Counted from the whole stretch's first letter, positions 46,093-60,980 are shown. The stretch is DNA of 63,882 bases, filler included, from Bigelowiella natans CCMP2755 (GCA_000320545.1; 6 parts of 6 records of this genome joined end to end with filler, not necessarily neighbours in it); one strand, 5' to 3'. Notes: generated by a model from the letters alone, not told the origin. Program-made: numbers and translations.

Positions 46093-47034
46093 GGGTGTGT
46101 GTGTGTGTGAGCGGCAAGGTATTTATCTGTACTTCGGATTCCAAGGCTGCTGCTGCTGCTGCTGCTCCTTCCACAAATATCAAATAGCCCTGTATAATAA
46201 TTACTATTTAGAGCTTAAAAGCAAGCTTCTTAGCCGAATTAGAGGAGAAGAACAAAGAAAAGGTATCATCATCAATGCCCTTCTACTACTACCACCGATA
46301 TCATGTTTCTTCCTCATTGCCAATACGTTGTTCGTTTTGCTTCTTCTGCTTCTCACTTTCTTCTTGCATGTGCGTGCTGCTGATGGTTAGATTTGGTGAT
46401 ATTTTCGTTCCAACTTTCATATTTAATTCCCCCCCTCCCCCTTCCCCTCCTTTCCCAACTTCTATTTCCAAAACAGGCAGCAGCCGAGTCAGCTCGGGGT
46501 ACGTATCCATTCTTTTGGAGGTGGGGGGGGGGAGGGGAGATGGGTAGGGATGGGTTGGGATGGCGGGGGGGGCAGCAGGCGAAGTTGAGCAACCACGCAG
46601 CAGCAGATCATGTGAAATGAACAAAGGAGGGCATATAGCATTCGAGGAAATTAAGGAATTGATGATGATGATGAGAACGAAAAGGGAAAAGGGTGAGATC
46701 GATGTGGCGCACATGACACCTGTAAGTAGCTATCCCCCTTTATCACCACCACCCTCAGGTCGAGTGTTTGACGAGCTGAAGAGAGTCTCTGGGGATCTCC
46801 AAACGATATCTGGGAAAACAGAAACGATAGGAGATGCTGTGGCGTCGATGGAGGCCGGCATCACAACCACCATTCAATCTCTCCAGGTCAAATACGACAA
46901 GTCATCTGCCGGTCTCGCGGCGAAGATCGCTGCCATCAACACAGCAATGGAGGCCAAGAGAGAGGAGCACAAGCGTGAGAGGAAAGAGGGAAATAAGGTC
47001 AGCGGATTGCTCACTGGTGAATTCATTTTCTCCT

Positions 47035-47076
<42 letters not shown>

Positions 47077-47700
47077 CACGTGCTATGCTGAAAACCTCCT
47101 CTCCCCCCCCCCTCTCCGTATAACGGATCAACGGCGCAGGTGATGGAAGGCATAGAGGGGGTGATAATGACGCTGAGGAGTGAGCTTTCCCAGCTGATGC
47201 TGGATGTGAAATTGCTTTGTGAGGAACAGCAGCAGCAGCAGCAGCTTTTACTAGACGATATAAAGAGGAAAGGACGTCATACCAACCAAGACATTGCCAA
47301 GGTGAATGATGATGAGGAGAAGGAGGAGGAAAATGAGGAAAAGGGGGAGGGGGGGGGGGAGGGGGAGGAAGAGGAGGAGGAGGAGGAGGAGGAGGAGGAG
47401 GAGGAGGTGGGTGGGGGGGGTGGGGACGGCAACGATGACGACATAGATGAGAGGAAGAAGAAAGAAGGGCGACTTATTCGAGTACAGAGCGAAGAACAAG
47501 ATGCTGCTGCTGGTGGTGGTGCTGGTAATGATGCTGGCGATGGAAGTAGCAGGGGGGGCATTGGTTGTGGTGGTGATGGTCAACCCCATTCTCAATCTAG
47601 CGAGCATGAGCGAAAGATAGGATCGAATCCTTTGCCGTGTGCAAGAAATGCCGGGAAAACATCTTACCCCCCCTCTCCCAGGACAAGGCAGCGACAGGCG
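42534..47700 (+). CDS. Probable multi-exon uncharacterised protein (hydrophobic N-terminus, coiled-coil and low-complexity segments); exon structure unresolved
   Basis: Coding-like blocks at 42534, 44355, 46760 and 47140 between microsatellite introns. Confidence 0.3.
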
Positions 47701-47750
47701 AAGGTGTTTCCAAAGCGATATTCGTTGTTCGTTCTTGTGTGTGCTACACC

Positions 47751-47790
<40 letters not shown>

Positions 47791-48056
47791 GTCTGTGTGT
47801 GTGTGTGTGTGCATGACAATGTGCGTGGTAGGTTGCACAGCTGCGGCTATCGATTCTAAAGCCATTCATTGGAATCATGATCCAACCTGGTGATAGTGAT
47901 GTTAATGCCAGTGAGTGCTGTTGTTAGGGACGCCTCTACTCTAATTATAACAGTGTATGCATACTAGTGGTGTCATTGAGGTGTGAAGTTATTGAGGGCA
48001 GCCACTGTTCTCCACACTTAACCCTTGTCGTCCACATCGTGCGCTGATCTGTATAC

Positions 48057-48094
<38 letters not shown>

Positions 48095-48349
48095 GTGTGT
48101 GTGTGTGTGCGTCGTGGTGCGCGGCACCAACCAGCTTGCGTGCTGTCCAATCTAGCTTGCCGCCGCTGGTGGCCAAATGACAGCTGTCTGAAGATTATGC
48201 TCCAGCTATCGGTACATGTGCACGTAATTAGAAATGTGGCTGCTTACATTGATATTATTTGCTATAATATCCACGATATGTCGATCGTATCAGTGACGCA
48301 GGCCCTGTGTCTACATATGATATCGGCTCTTCATCTTGCGCATCGTTGT

Positions 48350-48449
48350 NNNNNNNNNNNNNNNNNNNNNNNNNNNNNNNNNNNNNNNNNNNNTTAATTA
48401 ATTAANNNNNNNNNNNNNNNNNNNNNNNNNNNNNNNNNNNNNNNNNNNN
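48350..48449. other. Artificial gap linker
   Basis: N run with TTAATTAATTAA. Confidence 0.97.
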
Positions 48450-48669
48450 GTGTCGGGTTGGAGGTGATGATGGGGAAACATTTACTGTACAGTACTCATA
48501 TTTAATACCATGATTACTGAGGTTTTAATCCAAAATGATTATGTTCTTCTGCTTCTTTCTCCTCCTCCTCTTCCTCCTCCTCCTCCTCCTCCCCCTCCTC
48601 CGCCCTCCCCCCCTCCTCCCCCTCCTCCCCTCCCTCCCTCCTCCTCCCCCTCCTCCCCCTCCTCCTGCG

Positions 48670-49047
48670 ATGAACCGGTTGTCGGCGGCGGTGCTTGTTG
48701 GTTGGTCTCCCGTCATTATCTTCACGTCGTTGAACCAGTTTGGCCTGACCTACGTGCAGAATGCGCCGGACTCTGTCATGCGAGATAGAACCATCGAGGT
48801 AGTAGTGGTAGTAAGCAGACGAAGACGAAGGAGAAACGTCTCCACGCCCCCATCGTGATGAGAGCAGCCTCCATTGCTACCACTCGTCTCCGGTGGAGAT
48901 TTGATGCGCTGTGCGTATCTGCTTTCTACTACAGGTTCTCTCGCCGATGATGATCGGCCATATGAGCTCGGCGGCAGGGAAAGCGTGCGTGAACGCGCTC
49001 CTGGAGTTTAAAAAGATGCACCGCGACTTCGAGGCCTATGCCACGGT

Positions 49048-49093
<46 letters not shown>

Positions 49094-49914
49094 CGATGTG
49101 CTTTTTGCTTTCTCGTAGGATAACTTGCTGCTCTTATTTATTATGGATGCTGGACGTGAGTGTGTCTGCGCGCGGGGGAGGGAGGGGAGGGGGGGGGGGG
49201 GTTCTCGCACCGTGTGATAATGTCTGTGTGCTTCTTGGCCATGATGATAAGGGTCTTCCGGCGGCTCTCCGAGGAGTGATGACAGCAGGGTAGGCGTGTT
49301 TCAGATGTGTTTTAGATGTATAATCAGAAGCCAAACTTGCTACCGATTCGATAACAATGGAGTCGTCGTCGGGCATGCATTGTGTTAAGTATCACACGCT
49401 CACCTAACATCATTCCGCCCCCCCCCCCCCCCCCCCCCTTCCCCCCTTTCCTTTGCTGCCGTGAAGACTGGCCGCAGCTGAGCAGGATCGTAGAGTAAGG
49501 AAAGCAAAAGAGGCCAGGAACGAGGATAGAGGGAGGACCACTTCCCCGGACGGCATTGATGGTAACTTCTCGTAGTTTTTGCGACTAGTATAGCAAAGCG
49601 TGAATGCTACCCTAGCAATACTAAAGCTGCTGCTCGTTTGTAGGAGGAATGGCCGCTACAGGGAGTGTGGCCAGTAAGAAGAAGTCCAAGAAGAAAGGGA
49701 AGAAAAAGGTGTGTTGCTCTCAACTGCTTTGCTTGTTGCACCAGCGCTATCCCTTTTTGAATCGTGCGGAGAGAGAGAAATTGTATGCATTATTCACCTA
49801 TCGCGCACGCGAATTCTTTATTTTCTTCTCCGTATTTTGTTGGACAATCAGGGGAAGAAGAAGAAGAAAGGGGCAAAAACAGAAGATCTCAGCATCGATT
49901 TCAGTGCATTTTGA
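48670..49914 (+). CDS. 3' exons of an uncharacterised protein with a Lys-rich tail
   Basis: In-frame spliced exons ...SVMRDRTIE|VLSPMMIGH...FEAYAT|...|KKKSKKKGKKK|GKKKKKGAKTEDLSIDFSAF*. Confidence 0.45.
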
Positions 49915-50838
49915 TTAGTAAAGTCAGCTACTCGCTTATCTCCTGTCGAACAATAGTTATTGCAGCAGGCCAATGTGCGTGACCCGAAACTGCGCAATCT
50001 GATATCAAGCGAAATAAGTCAACTATGTCATTGCCATCAATCTTGCGTCTTCCCGTCAAGAGCTGTTCGTCTCATTGTGCGCGCGCGTTCCGCGTAAAAC
50101 CAGTTCGCGCGAATGTGGCCGCGCGCGCGCGCGCATCTCTCGACCATGCATGCCATGCTACGCTATATGAATTTCGCTAGACACCTCTGCTGCGATGCAC
50201 GCGGCGTTTGCGCATGCGTGCATGGATGTGCGAACATCCTTGCGTTGGTATATTGGTCGTTGCAATGACTATCAATGATGAGCAGGCCGGCTAGTCGGGC
50301 GCAGCCAATAATTTGCACAAACACGCACGTCGCCCAATACCATGCGCTAGCATGTGCATCTGGAGCAGAAATCATATGTTTCTGCATTATTATACAAGTC
50401 GATGCAGATTTGCATGCATCGTTTGCTACCAAGATATGTTGACACTATACACTAGCAGGTGTAATGTTGCGGACGGTATGACTATACGTGTAGGCTCAAT
50501 CAGGCTAGCAGGCATGCACGTCGTCGTCTCACATTGTTTCTCTAGCTGCAAAGCGTCCTTGCTCGACTGCACCTGCTGCATGTGCAGACTGTGACACCAC
50601 AGATACGAACGCGCTACATTATTGCATAGCTAGCTACATGACGATCATTGATAAAATTGAATTCAATCATTACATCCGTCTCATACGAAGGTAGCAATGA
50701 ATATATACAATCCCTACGTGTGCGTAGATGGTAATAAGTATTTACAGCCCAGCGCCTGGCTTTTTGAAATAGCGTATCTGGCGCTCATCAACCTTCATGG
50801 CTTGACCTTGCATGCAAACTCCCAGGTCACTAGCTTTA

Positions 50839-51707
50839 CTAGGGGCAGGTTTCTCCCCTGCATGCAAAGTACTCAGCGAGCTGAGAGTGCAGCGAAGCTC
50901 TCACTGCGGAAGGTGTGCGGTCGTAAAGATTGCGCATCTGGTACGGGTCTTCGGCGATGTCGTACAGTTCGTAGTGTTGGAGACCCGCTCCCGTGCGATC
51001 TGTCACGTTGAATTTCCAGTCTGGATCGTATTCGACGTAGTTCCAGTTCATACTCGCGTTGTGTATTCGCAGCTGGCGCCAGGAATTCGAGTGCGTCGAA
51101 TCCACAAAGTAGCAGTTGCCGTCGCCCACGCCGCTGCTCTCCACGCACACATCGCTCGGTTTCACGCCCTCCGGGCTCCTGGGCATCTCGCCTCCACACC
51201 TAACTGTGGTTGTGTTGCCATCTTCCCAGCACGAAGAGTGGTCGTTGTAGTAAGTCCCGACGCTGAGGTACTCGTTGAGGAAATAATCTCGCCAAACTGG
51301 GTCGCTCTCACTTCCCAGGCCATCGACGAGGAACTTGGCCATGCTGCGGCCGTCGGGATTAACAGCTTTCACGAAAGCCTCCCCAGCCGCTAAGTGCAGC
51401 ATCGTCGGCAAGACGTCGATGTTGCCGGAGAGTTGAGAGGAGTAGTTGCCCCCGGCCTTAACCCCTGGCCCTCTCATGAGGAATGGTACCCTCACGTCGG
51501 TCTCATATGGATGCTCCTTAGACGTCCCAATTCGCCACTGGCCTTGTTTGTAGCCGTGGTCGGAGCTGTAGAGGATGAAGGTGTTGTCGAGCACGCCCTC
51601 CTTCTCAAGCGCGTCGTACACATCCCGCACAATGTCATCAACGGAAAGGAGGCTCGACCATCTGCGGGTTCGTTGGATATAGGAGGCACGTGCCAGTGAG
51701 CACATAT

Positions 51708-51747
<40 letters not shown>

Positions 51748-52377
51748 AGAGGTACACATGCACATGCACATGCACATATCTGCAAACAAAAGGATCATGC
51801 TCACAGCGCACACGCGCACACCTGTCCCTGAAGTGCTGATTCTCCCAGCAACGCGCCCTCTGGCTCAGCGGAGGGTTCTGCGCGACGTGCTGGGCTTTGT
51901 CGGGAGAGGAAAGGTTATAGTTGGGAGTCATCGGAGCGTCCACGTCATCGAAAGCATGCTCGTACCACGGAGCTGGCTGTGCAGGGAAATGCGGTGCGTG
52001 CGGACCTACGTAAGCAAAGAATGGCTTCCTTGCACTCCCTTCGCTGCTTGCCCCCCCCCCCTTTTTCGAGGCTTCAATGGCGTCGGAGAGCCATCGGAGA
52101 GTCCTATTGCCGATCTGTGTGGTTTGGTAAGCAGTGCCAAATATGGGGTCGTTCGCGTCGAGCGTCTCCGTCGACACCGACTGATTGTTCGGGTAGTAGC
52201 GGTAGTATCTATTGCCCATGTAGTCGTTGTAATCCAGAGGTGAATCTATGTAGAGGTTGGGGTTCTTCTGGTCGGTCATTTGCTTCAAGATGCGCGACTG
52301 ATCATTGGTGACTTTGCCAAAGACGCCCACATTGTAGCCTATGCCCTCCATCAGACCAAACAGTCCTACATACGTCC

Positions 52378-52423
<46 letters not shown>

Positions 52424-52528
52424 CGTTTTCATTGTGTGCGTCTGCATATGTGCGTGTTTGCTTGTGGACGGTTTTGCTTGAATTGCGCGTGTCTTCATTT
52501 CCACCACGGCTAGAATACACACACACAA

Positions 52529-52559
<31 letters not shown>

Positions 52560-52765
52560 CACACACATACACACCAGTGTTTGCATCTCCAGCAAGGGTT
52601 GTATCCGCGTGCATGCATGTTCCTTTGGTGTCTCCAGGAGGTCCCACGTTGTGAAAGTAGCGGCCTATTATGACGACCAGAAGGTAGGGTTCACGTCAGC
52701 ATACACAATGTCTCTTTTACCTCTCCCCCTGTTATTCGTTCATTCTCTTTCTATATCCTCTTTCC

Positions 52766-52832
<67 letters not shown>

Positions 52833-53740
52833 CACAGCGCTCGACCTGTGAAGAATTCCGTCCGCGATGGGCAACATATGGGAGTGTTTACCATAAAGTT
52901 TTCCACCAGAGATCCCTCATCCATTAGTCTCTGCTTCACTACTGGCATCACGTCCAACGATCCCAAGGGGGTGTACCTGTGAACGCAATTCGGGAGCGAA
53001 AACAAGAACAACAACAATAACAGCAAGCAGACAAGGACCAGTAAGAGGGCGACCAGTTGTATTCGTGGTGTGTGTGTGTGTGTGTGTTTTCGCGCGCGCG
53101 CGCGCGTGTGTGTATTTGTGGCATAGTATTTTTCGTCTACACATGTGGAGGCTAACCCTTCCTTTCCCAGTATTCGGTCTTGATCATCGGTCAGGATAAA
53201 CACAAAGTTCGGCATGAAGCCAAGAGGTGGTGTAGGTGGAGGCAAACGCGCGGTTGGTTGTGGAGGGGGTGTTCCAAGCCCAACTCCAGCTATGGCACCG
53301 TTTGCGGGATGGGGCGTGATGGTGCCGGACACATAACAGATGCCCTCATCTGGGCGATAAGTCCAAGACGCGCAGTGTGCGCGGGTTTGGTCGTTGCAGA
53401 ACTCACAGCACTCTCCGGCATTTGCGACCTTGCTTTGATTAAAAGGTTCCATCGAGAGGCCCGTAGCGTTATTCCTGGTGGAAACACAGTTAAATTAGCC
53501 ACAGCATTAGGGTGAAAGAGGTAGGTTTTACGAAAAGATCGATGCTGGAGACGAAAGAGAGGACAGAAATGAACATTACCAAAATCCAGAACTGTGACAT
53601 TGTTGCCTTGCTGGGGGGGTGAGCCACTCGTGCCGGTAATCGGGGATATTGTCGTTCGCAGTAGCTGCTCCGAGGCAAAGGAGCAGGGCAAACATGAGCT
53701 TACTACCGTGGGGGTGGGCTCGTCGGGTTGGATGATTCAT
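50839..53740 (-). CDS. Secreted sulfatase (N-acetylglucosamine-6-sulfatase/GNS-like) with an N-terminal PAN/Apple-like module, multi-exon
   Basis: Signal MFALLLCLGAATA; CCEFC...CASWTY...CY; PNFVFILTDDQD; PICCPSRTEFFTG (CxPxR); KPFFAYVGPHAPH; SSDHGY; YELYDIAEDPYQ. Confidence 0.9.
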
Positions 53741-53879
53741 GAGGGAAACGCGACGACACATACCCCCTGTTCTCCACAGCTGGGATCCGTAAATTGGCCT
53801 GTAATATCATCGAGCGACAACGGAAATTTTGGAAGTTTGCGGTAACGGCAATGTAACTTTGTCCTCTGTTCTCCCGAGC

Positions 53880-55140
53880 TGATGTTTGGATCAAAGGAAG
53901 TGGTGTCTGCAAGTTTTCGAATGTGAGGGTGGCCCTGGGTCCTGGCTCATCCTTCTTTCATGCTTCCGACTCCAGCAAAACCAAATTTTTGTTAGGTGCT
54001 CCCTCGGACGACCCACCCGTGGACCGTCGTGTAGATGTAGCCTTCAGGAAGTTCCTCTTCAAAGTGGATGCTCTGCGTCGACGCCACATTGCTGCTGCTA
54101 GTCAGATTGCTCCTCTGTGGCCAGAACACCTGTCTCAAATTTCTCCTGGTTTCTCCCGCTAGACCTCACTAAAGCTAGTTCGAGGCACTGCGTTTCGCAC
54201 ACTGCAAATGTCTTGCAACACTTGTGAGCGCGCGAGCATCCTCTGCATCACGTTTCCTGTGACTGAAGAAGTTTGGTTGTTGCAGTTCTGGCACAAGATC
54301 TGTGTCAGAGGTTGTCAAGCAGGTGTGGAAAGACAGTCCACCTTTGTTGTTTTAGGCAGTGAAGAAGCGACCCAAATCATCCGGCCTGTGCGTTTAGACC
54401 TCCTGGTGAACTTCACCTAGTCACCACTCACTCACCAACTCCCACCATCATGGCTAGATGGAGTGCCACAGGTGCGTTGGACTCCCGAAACTTCATTGTG
54501 CGCCCCCTGCTAGCCTGATAGTCTGTCATTCCAGGTTGATCGAGTTGCGCAGTCACAACAAAACAATGAAACAATGATGATGAACTGCATTTCCAAAATG
54601 TTGCAAGACATGCCGAGCCAATGAATGAAAAAATGATGACAGAACTAGCTAACATTGCAATGAGTGATTGGGAATCTTACCCTAGAAATAGATATAGCAT
54701 ACACATTATCAATTACACTGTTTAATTGATGATTTAGATTGTTAGTTGTTCCAGTCATTCCATCTTTTGAATCAAAATAGATTTTGTGCAGCAGCACGTA
54801 GAGCATGCCCCACATTTCATTTCCCATCTGCAATCTACGTTTCCACACTCATGCCAGCATGGGATTGTCGTATGCAAGATTGCAGCTAGATCTGCATGCA
54901 ACTATGGGCAACCCTACAAACCCCGCTATGCTAGCCCGCGGTGTAGCGGTGCATGCAACATAGCTAGATGGGTGCACATTGCACGTCGGGCACACCCTGG
55001 GTGCGCATTGGCCCTGTCATGCTAGCATGTGCCAAGCAGTGATGCGACTACGTTGCATCTTCCAGGACAACATTCAACTCAATTTGAGGATATAAGGAAA
55101 TTGTCAGGCACATGTGCATGACACACTATGGGGACACACC
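53880..55140. other. TpA-depleted island 4 (patchy)
   Basis: 54180-54650 and 54790-55140 are TA-poor with CTAG survivors; shares a 41-bp element with island 3. Confidence 0.65.
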
Positions 55141-55485
55141 TAATGCAGAATGCTAGAATGTGCGCGTATGCGCTGTTCATGTAGAGCGTTCATGTCAATC
55201 TGTCGTTTTGAAATATTTACAATAAATAAATTTAACAATAAAATGGTACAATTTACAGAAGTATGGTAGCATCTAAATACAACAACCTCAGTAGGAGCAG
55301 CCACTATAGCATCGAACCCTCTTTGCACATCATCTTAACGGATGACTGGAAGTGTTTCGATGGCAACGATTTCGAGATAGAAGCAATACTGCAGTATTTA
55401 GCGTACACCATCTAACTAATTCTATGTATTTATATTTTTATTCGTTCTGATAATTAATAGGTTTTCTAAATCGCATTTCCTCCTC

Positions 55486-55713
55486 CTAAAACATAAGCAG
55501 GCAGACGATAACTAATGATCCTAGAAAGAGCAGCATCCTCGAGAGTTGCTCCTGTTGAGCTTCGCGCATGAATTCTGTCCAAACAAAATCGGAACATGAA
55601 ATAAGTTGATGAAGGATTTCGAAGGATGCACGTCGTAATGTAATATTTCCTTTTCTGTAATTTAAGACTTGACGAAACGGTACGTGGGTACATTGCCTTG
55701 GTAATAACCTTCC

Positions 55714-55762
<49 letters not shown>

Positions 55763-57143
55763 ATCTTTGCTTTTTATGGGTGAAGAATAGGTGGGATTGA
55801 ACCCACTACTCCAATCTCTTTTTCATCATTCCCATAGCTCCCCAAAATAAAAACCAACACTGAATAATACCTTGCCCGAGAGCTTGGTTTGCAGCAGCAG
55901 CTAAAGTAGGCTGCACATACATATACACACAAAATAGAGAATCGCATTCAATCAGTAACGTGAGTCGTGGCAATGTAAAAAGAACAAAATGCAAAAGAGG
56001 ACGTGAGTGAGCGACAACCAGGGAGCGATATGCATACAGATACTCTTCGTGCAGATCACAAGTGTTGTTGCGTTATAATCGGCAAAGGCTTTTAACGACC
56101 AACTACTGTTCCGCACTAGCTATGAAAAAGAGAGAGCAGAAATACCCCTTGGGTCGCGCCGAATAATGATGGCAAAAGCCCCAATGTCCTTGAGAGTGAC
56201 GATCCCCCGCTACCTCCACCGCCACCACCATTGCTACCACTACCATCGCCATAATCACCCCCAGCAGCCCCACTCCCATCATCCTCTCCAGGCACGGAGC
56301 TATTGACGGATCCGCCATTCTGTAGCAAGTTAGTATATGGCAAATAGGTGAGTTATGCTGCTCTGAAAACCAATCTTTCTTTTTTCCCCTGCATCATCTT
56401 TCGATATTGGTACTTACCACGTAGAGCGAAGGAACAGTGGCAGCTCGGGGGCGGTGTGCCTGCGGCCTTTTCGGTATGCTGGGAGGTATTTTTCTGGAAA
56501 CCGGGAAAAATGTAAGTTGTTATAAAGTCTGGTGATACTCCCAGCATGATGAAAAACGCTATCTCTGTGGGCTTGTATAGTGCTTGGTAACGCATGAAAG
56601 TACCGAGGATCCGTTTGCGGCCTGCCCCTTCCATAGATTGGTATAACTGTTTTCGCAGACACGGGTGCCTTGCACACAGGACATTCTTTCTTACTTGAAT
56701 GTTCGAGCCACTGTGGACGGGTGAAGGGAAAATGGAAACGAATAAGTTTAGTAAGTGGGACGTTCAGCGTTCTATGCATTGGGTAATTGAGATGGGCTAC
56801 TACCTTATATAAGCATGGCCAGCTGCAATGAGAAGGCAGGAGGGAGAATCAACGAGATAGTATCAAAACATAGATGAGTCAGGTCCACGAAGATAAAAAA
56901 CATGCTATTTAGGCAGCAGACGTTAGCGACGTTGATTTTTCTGCTTTACCAGTACAAATGACCACAGATTGTAACGACAGGTCTTTGTGCGCCAGATAAG
57001 CAAATGTTACATTCGAAACCAGAGCCAAGGTCGTTGCTCGAACTACTAGTATTGATATTCCTTTTGCGGTTCGACCTTTTCCCGCTCTTGCCTTTACCAG
57101 TCGCCCTTTTTTTCTCCTGAAACATAGTCAGCCGTCCATTCAT
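55486..57143 (-). CDS. RNF5/RNF185/RMA1-like RING E3 ubiquitin ligase with C-terminal TM anchor; 5' end uncertain
   Basis: FECNICL...PVVTICGHLYC|WPCLY|QWL...CPVCKA...VIPIYGRG...DPR; IPKRP; last exon QLSRMLLFLGSLVIVCLLMF*. Confidence 0.88.
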
Positions 57144-57978
57144 GAATGCCTCAAGGTATATTCCCACTGTAATGGCTCAACAAATTTCCTCAGTCTATTG
57201 TGTCCTTGACTTTAACATAATTTTTTCGAGATCTTAAATCGATGGATTTTCCTTCCGAATCGAAAGCTAACCCTTAGAGAGCGGATAGAACGGGTAGAGA
57301 ACTCGCTCGTACAATCACCTTCCTTTGCCTCCTCTCTACATATTTTATTCAAATTTATTAATTTTACCTTAATCTCAGCCTGGTTCCTTTTCATGTACTC
57401 CTTCCTCTACCCAACTTATTTGCTTGTGAATAAGGGCGCCTGAAGAAGGAGGGGGAGAAGGTAGCGTGGGTTGTTCGTCCAAGAGTGTGTCCTGTCTCTG
57501 AGAATTTGTGCAACACGGGAGAAAGAGGGTAGTTATTACTGTGCGTCTTCTATATTCCTTATGTCGTAACAAAAGAATAGCAAGCTTTTACGTATCTAAG
57601 CGCATACCTTTAGAGAGGTATCTAAAATTTATTTGCCACTTTTGGATCTGGGATTTAAGCTACTGCGACATCCCGAAATCCTTCAAAAAATGTGTAAATT
57701 TAGAGCAATTTCGATCGTGCTCGAAGTCGGAATGAAGGAGGGCCTATGTTTCTCTATGACGTCAGGTAGAATAAGGGTTTTTCAAAAAGTAAGACGGCGG
57801 TTTTCCGAAGAAAAAGAGAGACATGCCCAAAACTTCGAGAAAGGCGAAAATACTCGGGTAAAATGACCGAAATCTTCGGCAAGAAAAGGCGTTTTTCTAT
57901 GGATTGTTTAGACCAAAATTTAGCCTGGATTAGACGTAGAACCTCGAAGATATAAATTTCCGACGTTCACTGTGGAAA

Positions 57979-60418
57979 ATGAAAGCTTCCGGATTGGGTC
58001 GGAGTTCCCCCTCCCCCCCCTTCACGCTGTCCTCTCGCTCAAGAGCTGGACATTGCTTCAGACGACGTCACGCTCTTTTGCTTGTATTAATTACGCTTCC
58101 TTATCTTTCCGCCTCATCTTTCAGCACTCATTGCTCTTCGAGGTATCCTGTAGAATCCAGACGGAATGAGATTCGTTTGTGGGAGGGGGGGCGGTATAGG
58201 GTATAATGTAGAGCTGAAGATCCCTTCCCTTCCCTTCTCAGCTTCTGAAACCATTTATAACTTTCAAAATGAATTTCGACCCTTGAAACCGAAACATATC
58301 TTACTTGACCTCACAACCCAGGACTAATAACGCGGCCAAAGTACCCTACTACTACTCCCCACTCCGAACAGCATCCCTAAGAGCGTTCGATGCCTCCTCA
58401 AATCATCGACTCTCAACCGTCGTCAAAGTGCCCCTGTTACCATCGAAGATCGGACATAGACTATCACTGGCGAATATAAGGGCCTTCGGAGACCATCCTG
58501 CGGAATCCCACCCCCACAACGAAGAAGAGGAGGAGGAGGACGACGAAGGCTTTGACCTAGGCTTTCACGAAGTTGGAGCAGACTTTGAATTTGAGGACGA
58601 GGAGGTACTTGGAGATACAGCGAATAAAATGGAGCAGGATGGTCGAATTGAAGCGGAACTTCCAGTCGAGGAAACGCCATTGTTCAAGTTTAAGCAACTC
58701 GGGCTCAAAGGACCTTTGCTGAGGGCTGTGGAGTCTCTCGGGTGATAAGCCTTGACGCCACTTGTTTTGCGATGATACATGAGACTGTATAGTACCTTTC
58801 CTTGCACGCATATAATTGCACAGACTACAACATAAATGAGAAAAGAATGTGGGTTTGAAGCTCCCCGGTCTCTCCCACCCCACTGATGTGTTCAAACTTA
58901 CTCTTAACTTATATAGATATACGGAACCTAGCCCCATACAGCAGGCAGCCATACCTTTGATCTTGAATCGCGAGAGTATTATTGCAGCAGCGCAGACGGG
59001 GACGGGAAAGACCATGGCGTAAGTTCGATATCTCTAAGAATACATCGAAAAAGCGCCTTCTCACATGCGTGGAAATACGATGATCTAAGGTACATGGCCC
59101 CACTCGCCCAGCTACTGAAAAACGACGAGGCGAAGAGAAAAGAGGTCGTACGTCGTTGTATCTAGCTCCACAATCATGATAATATTCTTGTGGCTGCCTC
59201 GATTACTTTCTGTCCCCCCCCCCCTTCTCTCCCTCTTGCACACATCCCTCCCCAACTCCATATTCCATTTGTAAGCAACGTAACATGAGCCCTCCCATTG
59301 TGTATGAGGGTGCATCAATTCATTATACTATGCAGACGCAAACACGCAGCTCGCGTCCGAAGGCTCTCATTCTAGTACCGAACAGAGAATTGGCACTCCA
59401 GGTTACGAACAGCCACCCCCTCTCCACACTCACCTACCACCCTCCCCCCCTGCTAATCGGTCGATGTTTTTCCTACCTTGTTGCTCGTGGTAGGCTATGG
59501 GACTAGCAAAAACCCTGTCACACGAGGTCAAGTTGAGCTCGGCGCTGATTACCGGGGGGGGGCAGAGGTCGCAGGTGGGCCGGTAGATTAGGAATTCGTT
59601 GCAGGAAGGACAGCAGTACCCTTGGGTGCTGTCACGGAGGGATGGGGAAATTTATGGGCGGATTCTCTATCAACCTTTTCACGGCATGTAGCGGTGCTTG
59701 CGTTCATAATACGATTTCTCCTACGACGGACAGCACAACGATACGCGCAGATGTGAAATGCATGCTTGCGTGTGTGTGTGATTCACATAGGAGAATAAAC
59801 GTTGTAAGCGCGATATAGACTTGCTGGTAGCCACTCCCGGTAGGGCGCGGCAGCTGTTCCTTGAGGAGCGGCGACTTTTCTTCTCAGAGCTAAAGTCAAC
59901 AATCAGATAGGGCGCGCGGGGGGGGGGGGTAGGCACGTTGATCATCAGTCTGCGACTACTCGTGAATGGATGATACGTATGCACATAAGGCATTTGCCGT
60001 CATGCTCCACATCTGAATATAAGTGCGCAGATTTTGCATTTTTAGCATCATCATCATTATCATCATCGTCATCAACAACAACATCATCATCAACAACAGC
60101 AACAACATCAAGAAGAACAACATTAACTTATGCCGCCTCCACCACCACCATAATGATGAAAAGGTACGTCGTGATTGACGAGGCAGACACAATGTTCGAC
60201 CCTAGGAATGGCTTTGGCCAGGTAATAGTAGCGGGCTAGGATGATTCTTATTGACAGAGAAGAGACTGCTTCAAGAGAGCGACCTATTCTCACCTTGATT
60301 GCCTCCTGACACCGATCTTCCTTTACCGTGTTACTTCTTCCGTCTTTACCATTCTCATCTTGCAGAATGTGTGAAATATCTCTATGTTTAGGATTGGATT
60401 ACACTTTACTAATGTGGG

Positions 60419-60464
<46 letters not shown>

Positions 60465-60778
60465 CGTCTGTGTGTGGGGGGGTTTCTGTGACATGCGAAA
60501 TGATGTTAGGAGATGGAATCGTTGCTCGTTCCCATAGAAAACAGCGCAAAGTTTGCCGCTGGCAAGAAGAAGCTTCAGTTCATTCTTGTCACAGCCTCGC
60601 TCAAGGTATTCATTTCCGCACACTGTGAGAAAAAGAGGAAGAGATCGATCCCATGCAACGACAACAACAACAACAACAACAACAACTGCTACAACACCAA
60701 CCGCAGGGACGCATTGCTGAGGGCATTCAGAAACGCCTTCCAGGCCTAAAGAGAGCCCAAACGAAGGACTTCCAGCAG
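57979..60778 (+). CDS. DEAD-box RNA helicase with a probable bipartite organellar leader; 3' half lost at the gap
   Basis: Q motif FKQLGL...YTEPSPIQ, AQTGTGKT, LVPNRELALQ, ATPGR, VIDEADTM, VTAS. Confidence 0.9.
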
Positions 60779-60980
60779 GTTCTCAGTTTCCCTCCTAATC
60801 GTGCGTTTTCATTCCGAGCACCGCTAATATCCCGAATCTAGTTTCTACGGAGAAGTTTCTCCTGCAGCATCAGCAGCAGCAGCAGCAGCAGCAGCTGCCC
60901 CTCTCCCCCCTACTCTCTAGCCGCCTTTACGGCATGCTAGAACCATCTCTTCTGTACTTTCCTTGATCTCGTTCCCCCCC

